From Eledone cirrhosa (lineage: Eukaryota), in assembly GCA_964016885.1 (NCBI GenBank), contig OZ024740.1, positions 219,666,001 to 219,730,000 of the forward strand: a stretch of DNA of 64,000 nucleotides, given 5' to 3'. Of the stretch, positions 50,757-64,000 are shown in pieces. Under the pieces are notes generated by a model. That model saw nothing but the letters and a program-made list of their open reading frames with translations, ran no database searches and was not told where the DNA came from. A program made the position numbers and the translations under genes. The number at the start of each line of letters is the position of its first letter. Position 1 is the stretch's first letter.

Positions 50757-51545
50757 TCATCATCATCATCATCATTTTACACCCGCTTTTCCCTGCTTGC
50801 AAGGGTGGGATGGGTCTTATTCAGCTCAGCATCTCTCCACTTGTCACGGTCCTTCGTCATCTCCACCGTGAGCTTCAGCGATCTGAGGTCTGTTCTCACC
50901 ACCCCTGCCCATGTTTTCGTGGTCTACCTCTACCACTTCTTCCTTCAACTGGCATTTCCTGGCACTTCTTCACCCATCGGTCATCCTCCATGCTCATCAC
51001 ATGTCCATACCACCTCAGTCTCCTCTCTCGCACACTCCATTCTATCCCTCAGACACAGTTTCTCTCTTAACACATTCATGCTGGGTCGTTCACGCACATT
51101 GACATTGCACATCCAATGGAGCATGCTTGCCTTATTTCTCTCCACCCGTCGCATATCCTCTGCAGTTGCTGCCCATGTCTCACTACCATGCAGCATCGCG
51201 CTCCTCACACAGGCATCATATAACCGGGCTTTCGTACGCAGGGAGAAACCCTTTGTCATCAGCATAGGAAACTGCTCCCTAAACTTCTTCCAACCCATCC
51301 TTATTCTAGATACTATGGCCTCGGAACACCCCCCCCCCTCCCATGCTAATCTGATTTCCTAGGTACCGGAAGTTATCCACCACTTCTATAGCACCCGCCT
51401 GCATTTGAAAAATGTGTCTATCAATGCGACTTCTACTGTCTAAGTTCCCTGTACATCTACTGCATACATATTTCTCCCTACCTGTTAGTTTGCCTGCTAT
51501 CCCACTACATCTCTTGTGTACCCAGGATCTGCATTGTGTCCATTT
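50757..51545 (-). mobile_element. RTE family 2 3' fragment
   Basis: Reverse-complement homolog of 44400-45190. Confidence 0.88.
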
Positions 51546-51949
51546 TAATATATATAGATATATATATATACACACATACATATATATTTGAAGAGATTAT
51601 AATTTAAGTTTAAGTGCCGAATCTCTGCTGTCACTCTTTCATGGGATCTTCAGAAAGTGAGTTTAAAATCTGTGATGCACATATAAACATATCTGTGCTT
51701 AAACTTATAATCTTTCCAAATAAATAAACATTTGCTCTATGGTTCTATATGTGTGTAATAAGACTTTATGTAATTCTATCTCTGTTTTTGTCTTTTTTAA
51801 TATTGAACTATATATATATAGTGTAGGTGATTCAGTGAATTACTCGTGATGGTACCAAAATAAGCACTCTATGCACAGGCAGAGTGAATATATTAAGGAA
51901 AACAATGAACTTTCGTTCATATGTCGGTAGATTTTTACTGTGTATCGAT

Positions 51950-52026
51950 CTGTTAAGCATGTTTCGCTAAAGGTCACCCAGAGATATTAAAAACCCAATT
52001 GCATTATTAATTTGCTCTTCAGACTG
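51950..52026 (-). ncRNA. Hammerhead-like motif with extended stem II (decayed)
   Basis: CAGU CUGAAGA gc[50 nt total]gc GAAA CAUGCU UA ACAG. The host segment shares the end sequence taggtgattcag with the 29900-30150 segment. Confidence 0.45.
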
Positions 52027-52892
52027 GTGATTCAACAAAATATGTATAATCTTTATTATGGCCAAGTGATGAATCTTGCTACTCTGGAGCTTCACATGTG
52101 TATTGACAGGATCATGAATTAAAAGTCAGTCTTGTCAAATGATCTTGTGAGTAAACAGGTGAAACTCCAGAGTAAGAAAACACAACACATAGCTATAATA
52201 AATAATTCCATTCATCTCTACTTTAGTATTGAGTACTCATTCTCACATCCATTAACACCACATATATATATATATGTCGTCATCATCATCATTTTTACAT
52301 CCACCTTTCCATGCTTGTATGATTTAGACAGGTCTTTTAAGCACAGCCTCTCTCCAATCGTCGTGTAAGCTTCAGTGGTTGGAAATCCTCTCTCACCACC
52401 TTCACCCAACTCTTCTTTGGTCTTCCTCAACTGTGGCATCATCCTACTGGGATTTCCTAGTATACCTTAAATTAGTATATAATTGCTCCAAATTCTTTAT
52501 TTCTTGAGCTGCTCACACTGTGACTGGTATTTCACCCCTCTTTCTAGCGGAAATGACATCAGTCTTGTTTGTATCTGCCGCCACAGGTTAAACGTTATTA
52601 CACTCTTGGATCCTGGCAGATACAGATAAGTATTGTACTCTATACTCTATGGGAATTTTGTTTAAAGACGTACATTCCTCTGATTATTGATTCACATCTC
52701 CCATAACTTTACCAAAATCTATAGTTAGTGATCAATGATCCATTGCTTAGATCAATTTTAGTTATGGTTCCAAGAATCATGAAATGGAACCATAAAACAT
52801 TTTCCACATTGAAGTACGAATTTTTTCTAAATATTATGTACTTTATGTGTGTACAAAATACTATATGTTTCGCAAATGATATATATTTGAAT

Positions 52893-52926
<34 letters not shown>

Positions 52927-52960
52927 CGTACATACTGATTCACTTGTATATACATACATA

Positions 52961-53304
52961 TATCATCATCATCATCATCATTTTACGTCCGCTTTTCCCT
53001 GCTTGCAAGGGTGGGGCGGGAACTGATTCTGGCTTGATTTCTACAGCTGGATGCCCTTCCTAACACCAACCTCATTTACAGTGAGTGCTGGGTGCTTTTA
53101 TTCCCGTGACGCCTCCATGACCACTTTGCAGTGGTATGATATGGACCCCAGTCCCTATCATCTCATTTCTACAGCTGAGTAAACTGGAGCAATGTGAAAT
53201 AAAGTGTCTTGCTCAAGGAAACAACACATCATCCGGTCTGAGAATTGAACTCACAATCTTTCGATTGCAAGGCCAATGCTCTAACCACTAAGCCATGTGC
53301 CTCC
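52961..53304 (-). mobile_element. SINE (main family)
   Basis: Full copy. Confidence 0.9.
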
Positions 53305-54018
53305 ATATATATATATACATGTATATATATAATATATATACGTACATACTGATTCACTTGTATATACATACATATATATACATATATATATACATGTATA
53401 TATATAATATATATATATACGTACATACTGATTCACTTGTATATACATACATATATACATATATATATACATGTATATATATAATATATATATATTAGTT
53501 TAACACCTATATATATATATATTCATGTATGTCTTTACACTTCTTTGAAGAAATATTAATCATTTCTGTGGGTGTAAGTGCCAATAACTGTCGATTGTAT
53601 GAGAAAAATGTTCAACAAACAATAAAAATGCAATAATCCAGAGTAACTTTAACATATTTTGCTAAACATTGTCAGAGATTTATATTTTTTCATGATGCCA
53701 TAGCAAAACAAAATGAATAAAAAGCATACATAAAATAATAATAATGATAATAATTGTTTCTACTTTTTTCCTTTTTTTATTTTTTTTAATAATATTAATA
53801 ACAATAATAGTAATAATAATAATTGTTTCTATTTTTCTTTTTTTATATAATTTTTGTACTCTTTTTTCTGATGATAATAATAAAAATAAAAAAAATAGTA
53901 AAAATAATACTAAAAATAAGCAGAGCTGTAAATTTCTTAGATTTTTATTTTGTGATGTTTACATTGGACATTGGTTGATTGAATATGCTTGAATGTTATT
54001 ATTTTTGCTCTTTGTCAG

Positions 54019-54115
54019 GAGAACTGCGTTACAATGTGCAGCATACGGTGGCTTTGTGAATTGTATGTCCATGTTAATGGAACATATGGCTGACCCGAAT
54101 GTGCAAGATTTTGAG
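54019..54115 (+). CDS. INVS: Inversin-like exon C
   Basis: tttgtcag|G ... GAG|gtaaa. Phase-2 join with exon B; RTALQCAAYGGFVNCMSMLMEHMADPNVQDFE (inversin as recalled: RTPLQCAAYGGYINCMAVLMENNADPNIQDKE). Confidence 0.92.
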
Positions 54116-54155
54116 GTAAAAAATATATAAATATATTTAAATAAATACATACACC

Positions 54156-54230
<75 letters not shown>

Positions 54231-54509
54231 ATGTGTGTGCATGTGTGTGTGTGTGCATGGGTGTGTGTTTATACAATATATATATATACTGTGTATATAT
54301 ATACACACACACAATGAGTATATATGAATTCATTGTGTGCGTATATATTGTACATATATACATATACTTATATATATATAATATATTATAATATATATGG
54401 TATGGTCCCGTAAGTCCTGATAGAGTCGTGGGGGTACTGTATTGACATACACCATTTCTTAGGCATTTTAAGCCTGGCAGAGCCCATCCTTCTCCAGGCT
54501 TATAATATA

Positions 54510-54952
54510 AGATCCTCCTCTTCATTGCTGTAGTGGAGTCTGTGCTGCTGTACGGGTCTGAGACTTGGACACTTACCAAGAAACTCACTCAGATGGTGGA
54601 GGGGTGCTACACGAGAATGCTGAGGATGGCTCTGAACATTAATCAGTATACACTGAGGATGAAAAACTCAGAGCTGTATGGGAGCATCCCAAAAGTCAGC
54701 TCAAAAGTGACACAGAGGAGACTGAGGTTAGCTGGACATACTCACTGACATCCAGAGTTGACACTGCACTCAGTGCTCCTGTGGGAGCCCCTGCATGGAC
54801 ACACTGGAAGAGGAAGACCGAGGTTAACATATGTTGATGCCCTAAGGACAGACACTGGTCTGTTGGAGATGCAGGACATGGCAGCGATAATGAGGGACAG
54901 GCCGCTGGAGAGAACTCGTCCATGGATCTCGGGAATTTTACCCGCCCTAGAG
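54510..54952 (+). mobile_element. RTE-clade family 3, 3' fragment
   Basis: ESVLLYGSETWTLT...RLRLAGH...GRPRLTYVD. Confidence 0.85.
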
Positions 54953-54977
54953 ATATATATATATATTTACTTATATT

Positions 54978-55009
<32 letters not shown>

Positions 55010-55386
55010 TCTATATATATATAGTTGAACAAATAAAACAAAACACAGGGATGCAGAAATACAGTATTATTAATGCGTGTATGTGTGTTAATGAAAGCAT
55101 CTAGCCACAGAAAACTTGCCAGACTCAGCTTAGTCAAAAAGATGATGACATCCCTAGAGCTGGTGTCAAGACAAAATGTACTGTATACTGTGTAGAGTGC
55201 AGGAATCTATGTAAGCAAGATGTGGCCCTGGCTCATCTGAAAGAGCAGTGGTTTCGATTAAGTACTGACTTGGTTTATGACAACCCACCCAAACTTTACA
55301 AAGTGGGAAAATTAATGTTGGTGCTATTAAGTTAGACATGGCCTGGGTCATTACTGGCCGAAACCTATCAAAGTTATATATATATA

Positions 55387-56730
55387 TCATCATCATCATC
55401 GTTTAACGTCTATCTTCCACGCTAGCATGGGTTAGGCGGGAATTGTCCCACTTGAGGCAAGATTGGTTGTCTTGCTCGTATAGGACTATTTGGCAGGTTT
55501 TCTATGGCTGGATGCCCTTCCTAACACCAACCACATTTACAGTGTGGATTGTGTGTTTTTTTGTTGTGACACCTACACGACCTCATCAGTTTGGACTGGA
55601 TGTTGTGGTACCAACATAACTTTACAGAGAAAGGGGTGGTGTTGGCGGGAGTGGAAATATGGAGCAGGGGTAGTGGGTTGGGGTGTATATTTGGTTAAGA
55701 GGTGCCTACTGACTGTAGGTTAACTTTGCACGTAGGGAAGGCGGGTCTTCTGTATTACTGCGTGGCGCCAGAGATCTCGATCCAGTGACATTATCTTAGA
55801 GAGGTGCAAGTGTGCAAGGTTAGAATTTATCATGTCATCACAGTTTTTTCTGGGTCTACCTACTCTGTAACTCCCATCAATTTTGATCGCCCTGCATTTT
55901 TTATACAGCTGTCGTCTTTCATGCGCATCACGTGACCATACCAACATAATCTTCTCTCAAGTAAACATCTGATCCCTCTTATTCCTAATTTTTCACTTAG
56001 TTCATTTATGTTTTGCCATTCATGTATATTACTATTACACATCCAACGGAGCATGCATGCTTCATTCCTTTCCAGTCTGCACAGGTCCACTGCACACAAT
56101 GCCCATGTCTCACTGCCATGTAACATTGCTGTTCGTATACAAGCATCATAATATAGACATATATATATACATATACATAGACACACACATATATGTATAT
56201 AATAAAATAAAGATACATATATCATCATCATCATCATCATTTAACGTCTATCTTCCATGCTAGCATGGGTTTAGACGGGAATTGTCCCACTTGAGGCAAG
56301 ATTGGTCGTCTCGCTCATATAGGGCTGTCTGGCAGGTTTTCTACGGCTGGATGCCCTTCCTAACATCAACCACGTTTACAGTGTGGACTGGGAGGTTACC
56401 TACACGGCTACATTACAGCGTGGACTGTGTTTTTTTGTTGTGACACCTACACGACCTCATTTATTTAGGACTGGATGTTGTGGTACCAACATAACTCTAC
56501 AGAGAAAGAGGTGGTGTTGATGGGGTTGGGGGTGGGGTAGTTGAGGTAGTGGGAGGGGGGTGTATATTTGGTTAAGAGGTGCCTACTGACTAGGTTTCGC
56601 TTTGTACTTAGGCAAGGTGGGTTTTCTGTATTACTGCGTAGCGCCAAAGATCTCGGTCCAGTGACATTGTCTTAGAGAGGTGTAAGTGTGTAAGGTTGGA
56701 ATTTATCAAATCGTCCCACGTTTTTCTATG
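55387..56730 (-). mobile_element. Two tandem RTE 3' fragments
   Basis: 55387-56150 and 56220-56730 are homologous to 19974-20780. Confidence 0.8.
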
Positions 56731-57221
56731 TGTGTATATATATACTCATCATACACTGTACATGTGGTTGGTACTAGGAAAGGCACCCAACCATAGAAAA
56801 CCAGTCAGAAACATTCCTATATGAGCGAGACACAGTCACCTGACCCAACTTGCCTCAATGGGACAAACCTGTCTAACCCATGCTAGCATGGAAGATAGAC
56901 CTTAAACGGTGATGATATATATATGTGTGTGTGTGTGAGTGTGTGTAGGTCTTGAGTGAAATCAGGGGTAACAACAGTTAAAAAAGTACTCAATACATTA
57001 GAAGAGTGCAAACATCATTAACTAGTATAGAAATGGCTTCTACAGGACTAGAACTGTTTCATTTGTATGAAATCATTAGGAATGCCCTGATGATTTCATA
57101 CAAATGAAACAGTTCTAGTCCTGTAGAAGTCATTTCTATAGTAAATAATATATATGTATATATATATGAATGTATATATTAAATAATGGTATATACTGTA
57201 TATATTTATATATATATATAT

Positions 57222-57850
57222 ATAGTAATATACGCGAACGGCAAAGCATAAATGAATTGAGAGAGAGACTGAGCATCAGCGGAATCAAATGCTATGTGCA
57301 GGAGAGGCGGTTGCATTGGTATGGACATGTGATGCGTATGAAGGACAGCTGCATAAAAAGGTGCAGAGCACTAGAAGTCAATGGAAACCGCGGAGTGGGG
57401 AAACCCAAAAAGAACTGGGATGAGGTGATAAAAGATGACCTTACTCAATTACACCTCTCAAAGGCGATGATACACGACCGTGACCTCTGGCGTCACGCAG
57501 TAATACAGAGTACCTGACCTCTCATGGGTACAAGCTGAAGCATATAGACAATATGCCCCCACACCCTCCCACTGCAAAGTGGTCGTGGAGGTGCCACGGC
57601 AAAAAAGCACCCAGCCCACACTGTAAAGTGGATGTGTAGGCGTCACGGAAAAAAGGACCCAGCGCTCACTGTAAATGAGGTTGGTGTTAGGAAGGGCATC
57701 CAGCTGTAGAAATCAAGCCAAATCAGTTCCTGTATGAGCAAGACATGGTCAGCCGACCAGACACTGCCCACAACAGGACAACCTGTCTAACCCATGCTAG
57801 CATGGAAGAACAGATGTAAAACAGTGGTGATGATGATGTTGATGATGATA
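57222..57850 (+). mobile_element. RTE family 1 3' fragment
   Basis: Homologous to 27250-27880. Confidence 0.85.
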
Positions 57851-58441
57851 TGTGTGTGTGTATATATATATATATGTATGTATATATGTATATATACACA
57901 TACATATATATATACACATACATATATATATACACACATATATATATATATATATACACATATATATATATATATTATATATACACATACACATATATTA
58001 CATGCTAGTTTTGTATTTTGTTCAGATGTACAGTGTTAGTTTTTGTTTTTGTTTTTTCATATTTGTTTGTTTGTTGTTGATTGTTTTTTCATATTGGAAG
58101 TTATATTGGAAATATTGATCTGCCCAATTTATCAGTTTGTGTTTATTCACGTGTGATGTCTTTTCATAAAACTACAGCTTTGTTACCTGCTGGTGTACTG
58201 CCAAAGGCTTCTCCCCGCTCCTGCCGACATTGCCACCTACCCACTTTCCCCCCTAACGTACCTGGAATGAAATTTTACACTTCAATCTACTATGAAAATA
58301 TCAGATTTCTATGGAAATTTCAATAAATTTGTGTAAACTTAAATTTCTCAGAGTTATAAATTTTTATTCCAAGTAGTATTAACTGGATCATCTCTCACTC
58401 CCTCTCACACCCTTCCTCTTCCTCTCACTCCCTTCCTCTTC

Positions 58442-58493
<52 letters not shown>

Positions 58494-58859
58494 ATACATA
58501 TAAATACACGCACACACACACACATATATATAATGTTTCACTCATGCAAGCATGACAAATAGATGATGATGATGATGATTATGATGATGATATACCCTCA
58601 GTCACACATACACACAGACAATCACACATACATACACATATACACACACAAATTCACACACATACTTACACACAGAGGCAAGAACACACATACACAGATT
58701 AGTAATGTAGTTCATTACTTTTACATTTAAGTACTTTTCTATTACTTCAAGTTCTTTGCCAGAGAAATATTTGCCAGATGGTTTATAAATGAAATGTTTT
58801 AAAACATCAGTAATGTTGGAATGAGTTTTTTTAAACACGGTTTTTTAAACAAGAAAAAT

Positions 58860-59250
58860 ACTGCATTACTCTTGAAGTACATTTGGCAGAAAATATATAA
58901 GAGAAGCTTATCTACATCTTATTGTTTATTCTGGATAAAGCAACCACATTCCATAATGGTTTAAATCATTGCCACTTATGCTTCTTCACTGAAAAAATAC
59001 AATTTAATACTGAACCAATCATGAACATAAAACAGAACTGTTTTCCATTTGTAGACACAATGTGAAATACTGGAGGTTTCTTTTTAGGGAAACAGTCATA
59101 ACACCAATGACATCATACATTACATGTTATGGGGTCATCTTGTCTTTTACCTTCTCAACTACTACCAAAGTTCTCTGAAGTCACTGTGTCCAATATCCTG
59201 AGTGTCAGTGTGATGTAATGGCATGGAAGTAACCGTAGTTACTCAACATG
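58860..59250 (+). mobile_element. Decayed Penelope-like endonuclease C-terminus
   Basis: NGLNHCHLC...EK...FSICRH remnants parallel the CSLC..E..CKHR tail of ORF 41374-41946. Confidence 0.4.
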
Positions 59251-59253
59251 TAT

Positions 59254-59352
<99 letters not shown>

Positions 59353-60405
59353 AGATTTCTATATATAGAAATATATATAGAATGAAAACTTTGTTAAACT
59401 TTGATAAGCTGATATATCATAGTGCTGGCACAAAATATTTCAATTTTAGTTCTCCCCTCTTCCTCCTCCACCACCACCAAAGAAAAACATATTGGATTAG
59501 CGATTCTAGATATGCTCACCTATATATCAATGAAATGAAACACGTGTCAGTTATGTAATAAATGTTAATCCTTCAACTGTGAAATTGGTGTATTCATGTG
59601 CTTTATTAATTAATATATATATATATATCATAATCACCATGCTGTGAAGTGGTTGGTGATAATACACACACACACGTGTTAGATAACATATTTCAGAGCT
59701 TTCCCTATCAACGTTGGCACATTGAAATGCAAAGTGAATGAAAGAAGAGAGAGGTAGATAGATGTTTGTTGTGTAGAATAGGAGAGATGGAGAAAAGTCT
59801 TGGCCAGACCTCTTACAGTGAAAGAATGTCAGTACAAACTCTTCTGGATAGGTAACGATGAAGAAGTAGGTGATGTGGAAATAATGTTAGCAGAATAATG
59901 TTTAAATGGAGTTATTGAATTAGTTTGAATATCTGACAGAACTTTTAAACCTGGTCTAATCATTGGCAATACATCTATCATCTCTACTTATACACCACAA
60001 TTAGGATTGACCAATGGGCAAAAGAATCAGTTACATGAGGTCCTTTTCAGACTATCTCAAGGCATATTAAGCAGCACTAACATGACTACAATGTTGTTCA
60101 CAGTAGCTATGGGTTTGATTTTGCGGAATGAAGAGAGCAATCAAGACTTCTGGAGTTCTGTAATGTAAATTAGCTAACCAGTGTCAACACCAACTTCAGG
60201 AAACCATCCAGCAATTTGATCAGCTACCAATCTGACAAAATCTACAAACCAGATTAATTTCATTTTTATGATAAAATGTGTTAGGCAGATGACCATAAGT
60301 ACTGAAGCTCTCTTTCGAAAGAAGAACATACTATCCAACAAAGACAAAGAAAAAAAAGAGCAGATGTAAAAATGATGATTATGATGAAATACTTAAAAAA
60401 CAATA

Positions 60406-60792
60406 ATAATTGTTCCTGCTTTTGACACAAGGCCAGCAATTATCTCAGTGCATTACTGGTACTTTATTTTATCGACCCTGTAAGGATGAAAGCGAAGTTA
60501 ACCTCAGTGGAATTTGAACTCAAACCGTAAAGGGCCATAATTCCATGCTTCAAAGCATGGTATCCGACCCTCTATCAATACTGCCAATCCACCGCCTTTT
60601 AAAATAATTGTTTCTACTTTAGGCACAAGGCCAGCAATTACCCAGTGCATTACTGGTACTTTATTTTATCGACCCCGTAAGGATGAAAGGCAAAGTCAAC
60701 CTCGGCGGGATTTGAACTCAGATCATAAAAGGACGTAACTATGCTGGAAAGCATGGCGTCCGACCCTCCACCGATACTGCCAATCCACCGTC
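60406..60792 (-). mobile_element. Two tandem Nin/Deu-domain SINEs
   Basis: Two head-to-tail family matches. Confidence 0.85.
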
Positions 60793-60999
60793 TTTTAAAA
60801 TAATAAGTTGTAAAATAATAATATTTAGTTATGAAAGGAAAAATGATATATCTCGTAAGGGTGCCATCATTATATATAAGAATTTATAAATGCAATATTT
60901 TTATTCTAGTTGAACTACCTTAACATTTTTAAACTTTCCATCCTTTATTAGATTAACAGGCAGCACCTCAGATATCTAATCAGCCTGTTATTCATGTAG

Positions 61000-61620
61000 G
61001 ATTTATTTTATATTTGTTAGGTCTGGATGAAGGAGCAGTGCCCATGGCCTTCACAAGCCCTCCAGTACCAGAGGGATTGATTTTGTTAATGTTTTCCTTA
61101 AACTTTCTGTAGGAAAGATATAAGCAAGGAGGGAATTCCAGAGCATCAACATTCTGGGGAGGAAGGATAGTGCAAGGCCTAGAAAGTTAGACACAACATG
61201 GTTAATGAAAGGAGGAGAGACCAATTATTTAGGAGTGTCTGAAGGGAAGTGGCATGAGTGTAGCAAGCTCTGAGAAATAGGCTCTATTGCTGTAGAGGTA
61301 GAACAGGCAGAGGGAGAAAACAGTATGTCTGTGAGTGAAGGGCTGAGGATGTTTTTGTAATTTACTCACCCCAAGCAAGATGATAAAACCACTAAAATGA
61401 AAGGAGTTACTGAGAAGGGCAAAAGACAAGGGAGGGTGAATATAATTCAAGGAGAGAGAAGATGACAATTGGTGTGACTTTTAAATTCAAGAAAGTAAGA
61501 AGCTGGAAGAGAATTCCATAGGCAAGATGTGCAAGGGAAGTAACTATCAGAATAGGATTTGCAATTGCATTTAAGAACTTCATCTGCAAATCTGGTGTTT
61601 CATTTTGCAGCAAACTGTAG
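61000..61620 (-). mobile_element. Degraded CR1/L2-group LINE 3' fragment
   Basis: SFLPRMLMLWNSLL-type terminal motif and NRAYFSELA remnant. Confidence 0.4.
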
Positions 61621-61904
61621 AAGGTAGCTTGAACTCTCTCTATAAAAGTAACTTGGAATCTCTCTATATAGGAAATATTTATGTTAAATATAGATTTAAT
61701 ACAAAATCTGATAGATTTTCACCATTTAAAATCTCTAAGCCTTTTTAATCCCTAAATATTTTTAACTGCTCATATATTTTCTCTTCAAAATAGCAATTAT
61801 ATTTATTAAAACAATATTTGACCGTATTATGGAAAAAAAAATGCATGTAAATGTTTGTTATAACGATATTTGTTTTAAATTTCTTTGATATTTCTTTACT
61901 TTAG

Positions 61905-62011
61905 GGGAAAACTGCCACTCATTGGGCTTGTAGGCGTGGCCATCTGGATGCAGTAAAACTTTTAATGCAATATGGAGCCTTACCAAATTATATGGACTTC
62001 ACTGAAGATCG
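61905..62011 (+). CDS. INVS: Inversin-like exon D
   Basis: ttactttag|GGG ... CG|gtatgt. Phase-0 join with exon C; GKTATHWACRRGHLDAVKLLMQYGALPNYMDFTEDR (inversin as recalled: GRTALHWSCNNGYLDAIKLLLDFAAFPNQMENNEER). Confidence 0.9.
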
Positions 62012-62545
62012 GTATGTCTTGGTTTATTATAGTCTTCTGTATTTCACTAAGTAGTCATTACTGTCATTATTCTTACATTCTTTGATGTTTAGATCCACTA
62101 AAAACAGACAAGACATTCCTTGTGTGATCATCACCAGCCACCATTATCTTCCACCACATTTATTATCATCATCACTAACTTCAACATCATCATCATCACT
62201 AACTTCAATATCATCATCACTAACTTCAACATCATCAACAATTACCATTATCATCATCCATCATCATCATCATCATCTCATCCAATATTCTCAACACCAT
62301 AATTTCTATTGCCACCATTTTCAATATCTTTATCGTCACTATCTTCCATCACTTTCAACATCCTATTCTTCCTTCTGCTCCTCCTCCTCCTCATCATCAT
62401 CATCATCATCATCAACATCATCATTGTCATCATCATTACCATCTCCTCCATCAACACTGGAATTTCATCAGTCTCATGTTCCGTACATCATCTTAATAAG
62501 TCTATCTAACATTGATACAAGGTCAGTAATTTGGGGGAAGGTGAA

Positions 62546-63158
62546 TCATCATCATCATCATCACCGTTTTACGTCCGTTCTTCCATGCTAGCATGGGTTA
62601 GACGGGTTGTCCTGTTGTGGGCAGTGTCTGGTCGGCTGACCTTGTCTTACTCATACGGCAACTGATTCTGACTTGATTTCTACAGCTGGATGCCCTTCCT
62701 AACACCAACCTCATTTACAGTGAGTGCTGGGTGCTTTTTTTCCGTGGTGCCTACACGTCCACTTTACAGTGTGGGCTGGGTGCTTTTTTTGCCGTGGCAC
62801 CTCCACGACCACCTTGCGGTGGGGGGTGTGGGGGCATATTGTCTCTATGCTTCAGCTTCGGCTTGTACCCGTGGGAGGTCGGGTCTTCTGTATTACTGCG
62901 TCACGGTCGTGTGTCATCGCCTTTGAGATGTGTAATTGGACAAGGTCGGCTTTTATCACCTCATCCCAGGTCATCTTGGGTCTCCCCACTCCGCGGTTTC
63001 CATCGACTTCTAGTGCTCTGCACCTTTTTATGCAGCTGTCATCCTTCATACGCATCACATGTCCATACCAGCGCAACCGCCTCTCCTGCACACAGCATTT
63101 GATTCCTCTTATGCTCAGTCTCTCTCTCAATTCATTTATGCTTTGTCGTTCACGTATA
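62546..63158 (-). mobile_element. RTE family 1 3' fragment
   Basis: RRLRWYGHVMR...GRPK ORF 62852-63130 plus 3'UTR. Confidence 0.85.
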
Positions 63159-64000
63159 TGAATGTCTGTTATATTTGACTGGTACTTTATTTTATCAACC
63201 TGTGTGGGGCATGTGGCCTATTAGTAAAGGTGTTGGACTTATAATCATAATGTTGTGGCTTACATTCCTCGACTGGGTTGTTTGTTGTGTTCTTGAGCAA
63301 AACACTTCATTTCATGTTGCTCCAGTATACCAAGCTGAAAATGAGTACCAGCAATAGCTGGGGGTTTAACCCTGTGATGGACTGGCATCCTGCCCAGGGG
63401 GGAGGGGGGGTTTGTTCTCTCAGTCACTTAATGCCATGGAAACTGGGATAAGCCCTGGCCAGGATGAGCCTCTGGGTTTGAGACAGACTTTAACCCTGCG
63501 ATGGATTGGTGTCTTGTCAAGAGGGGGAGTCTTGTACTCTCAGTTACTTAATGCCATGGAAACCGAGATAAGCACTGGCCTGATGAGCCTCTGGCTTGTG
63601 ATAGACTTTTGGGAGATGAAAAGCAAAGACAACCTTAGCAGGATTTGAACTCAGAATGTAGAAACACAAAACTAAATGTTGCAATGCCTTTTTTCAGACA
63701 CCCTACTGAAAATCTACCACCCTAATAATCATCTTAGTAATGAAGAGGCTAATTATTTTATTAAATTCCTCAAAATTTTTAATGATTTTCAAAATAAATT
63801 GAAACACACAGGTAGTATATTTTATTAGAAATATAGTAGTGAAAGGAATTAAACATGTAGAATCATCACCAACATCATTTTATGTATGCTTTTCTATTCT
63901 GGCATGGGTTGGGTGGATCATTACAGATCAAGTCAGTATTTAATCAGAGAAATTATTAAGGCTGCTATAGCTGGAGGCCCTTCCTAATATCAGCCATTGT

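Overview
AT-rich, microsatellite-dense animal genomic DNA. It is probably a coleoid cephalopod such as Octopus, which I infer from the repeat landscape and have not verified. The only host gene I can support is four + strand exons (16017-16224, 18990-19070, 54019-54115, 61905-62011) that splice in frame to an ankyrin-repeat segment closely resembling inversin (INVS); one intron is about 35 kb. Almost all other sequence is intronic and transposon-derived: several RTE LINE families with their partner SINEs, Nin/Deu-domain SINEs, an R4/Dong LINE in (TAA)n, CR1 and Tx1 fragments, a DD37D mariner-like element, Helitron-like ends, a solo LTR, and a near full-length Penelope-like element (RT + GIY-YIG). 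The most striking unannotated signal is about 15 minimal type-I hammerhead-ribozyme-like motifs (CUGANGA...GAAA-hexamer-UH). They lie in Penelope pseudo-LTRs, in fold-back derivatives, and in a separate family of short, mostly (TA)n-flanked elements whose stem II is expanded to about 60 nt and whose stem I covaries between copies. Repeat boundaries were read by eye and are approximate; no database searches were run.
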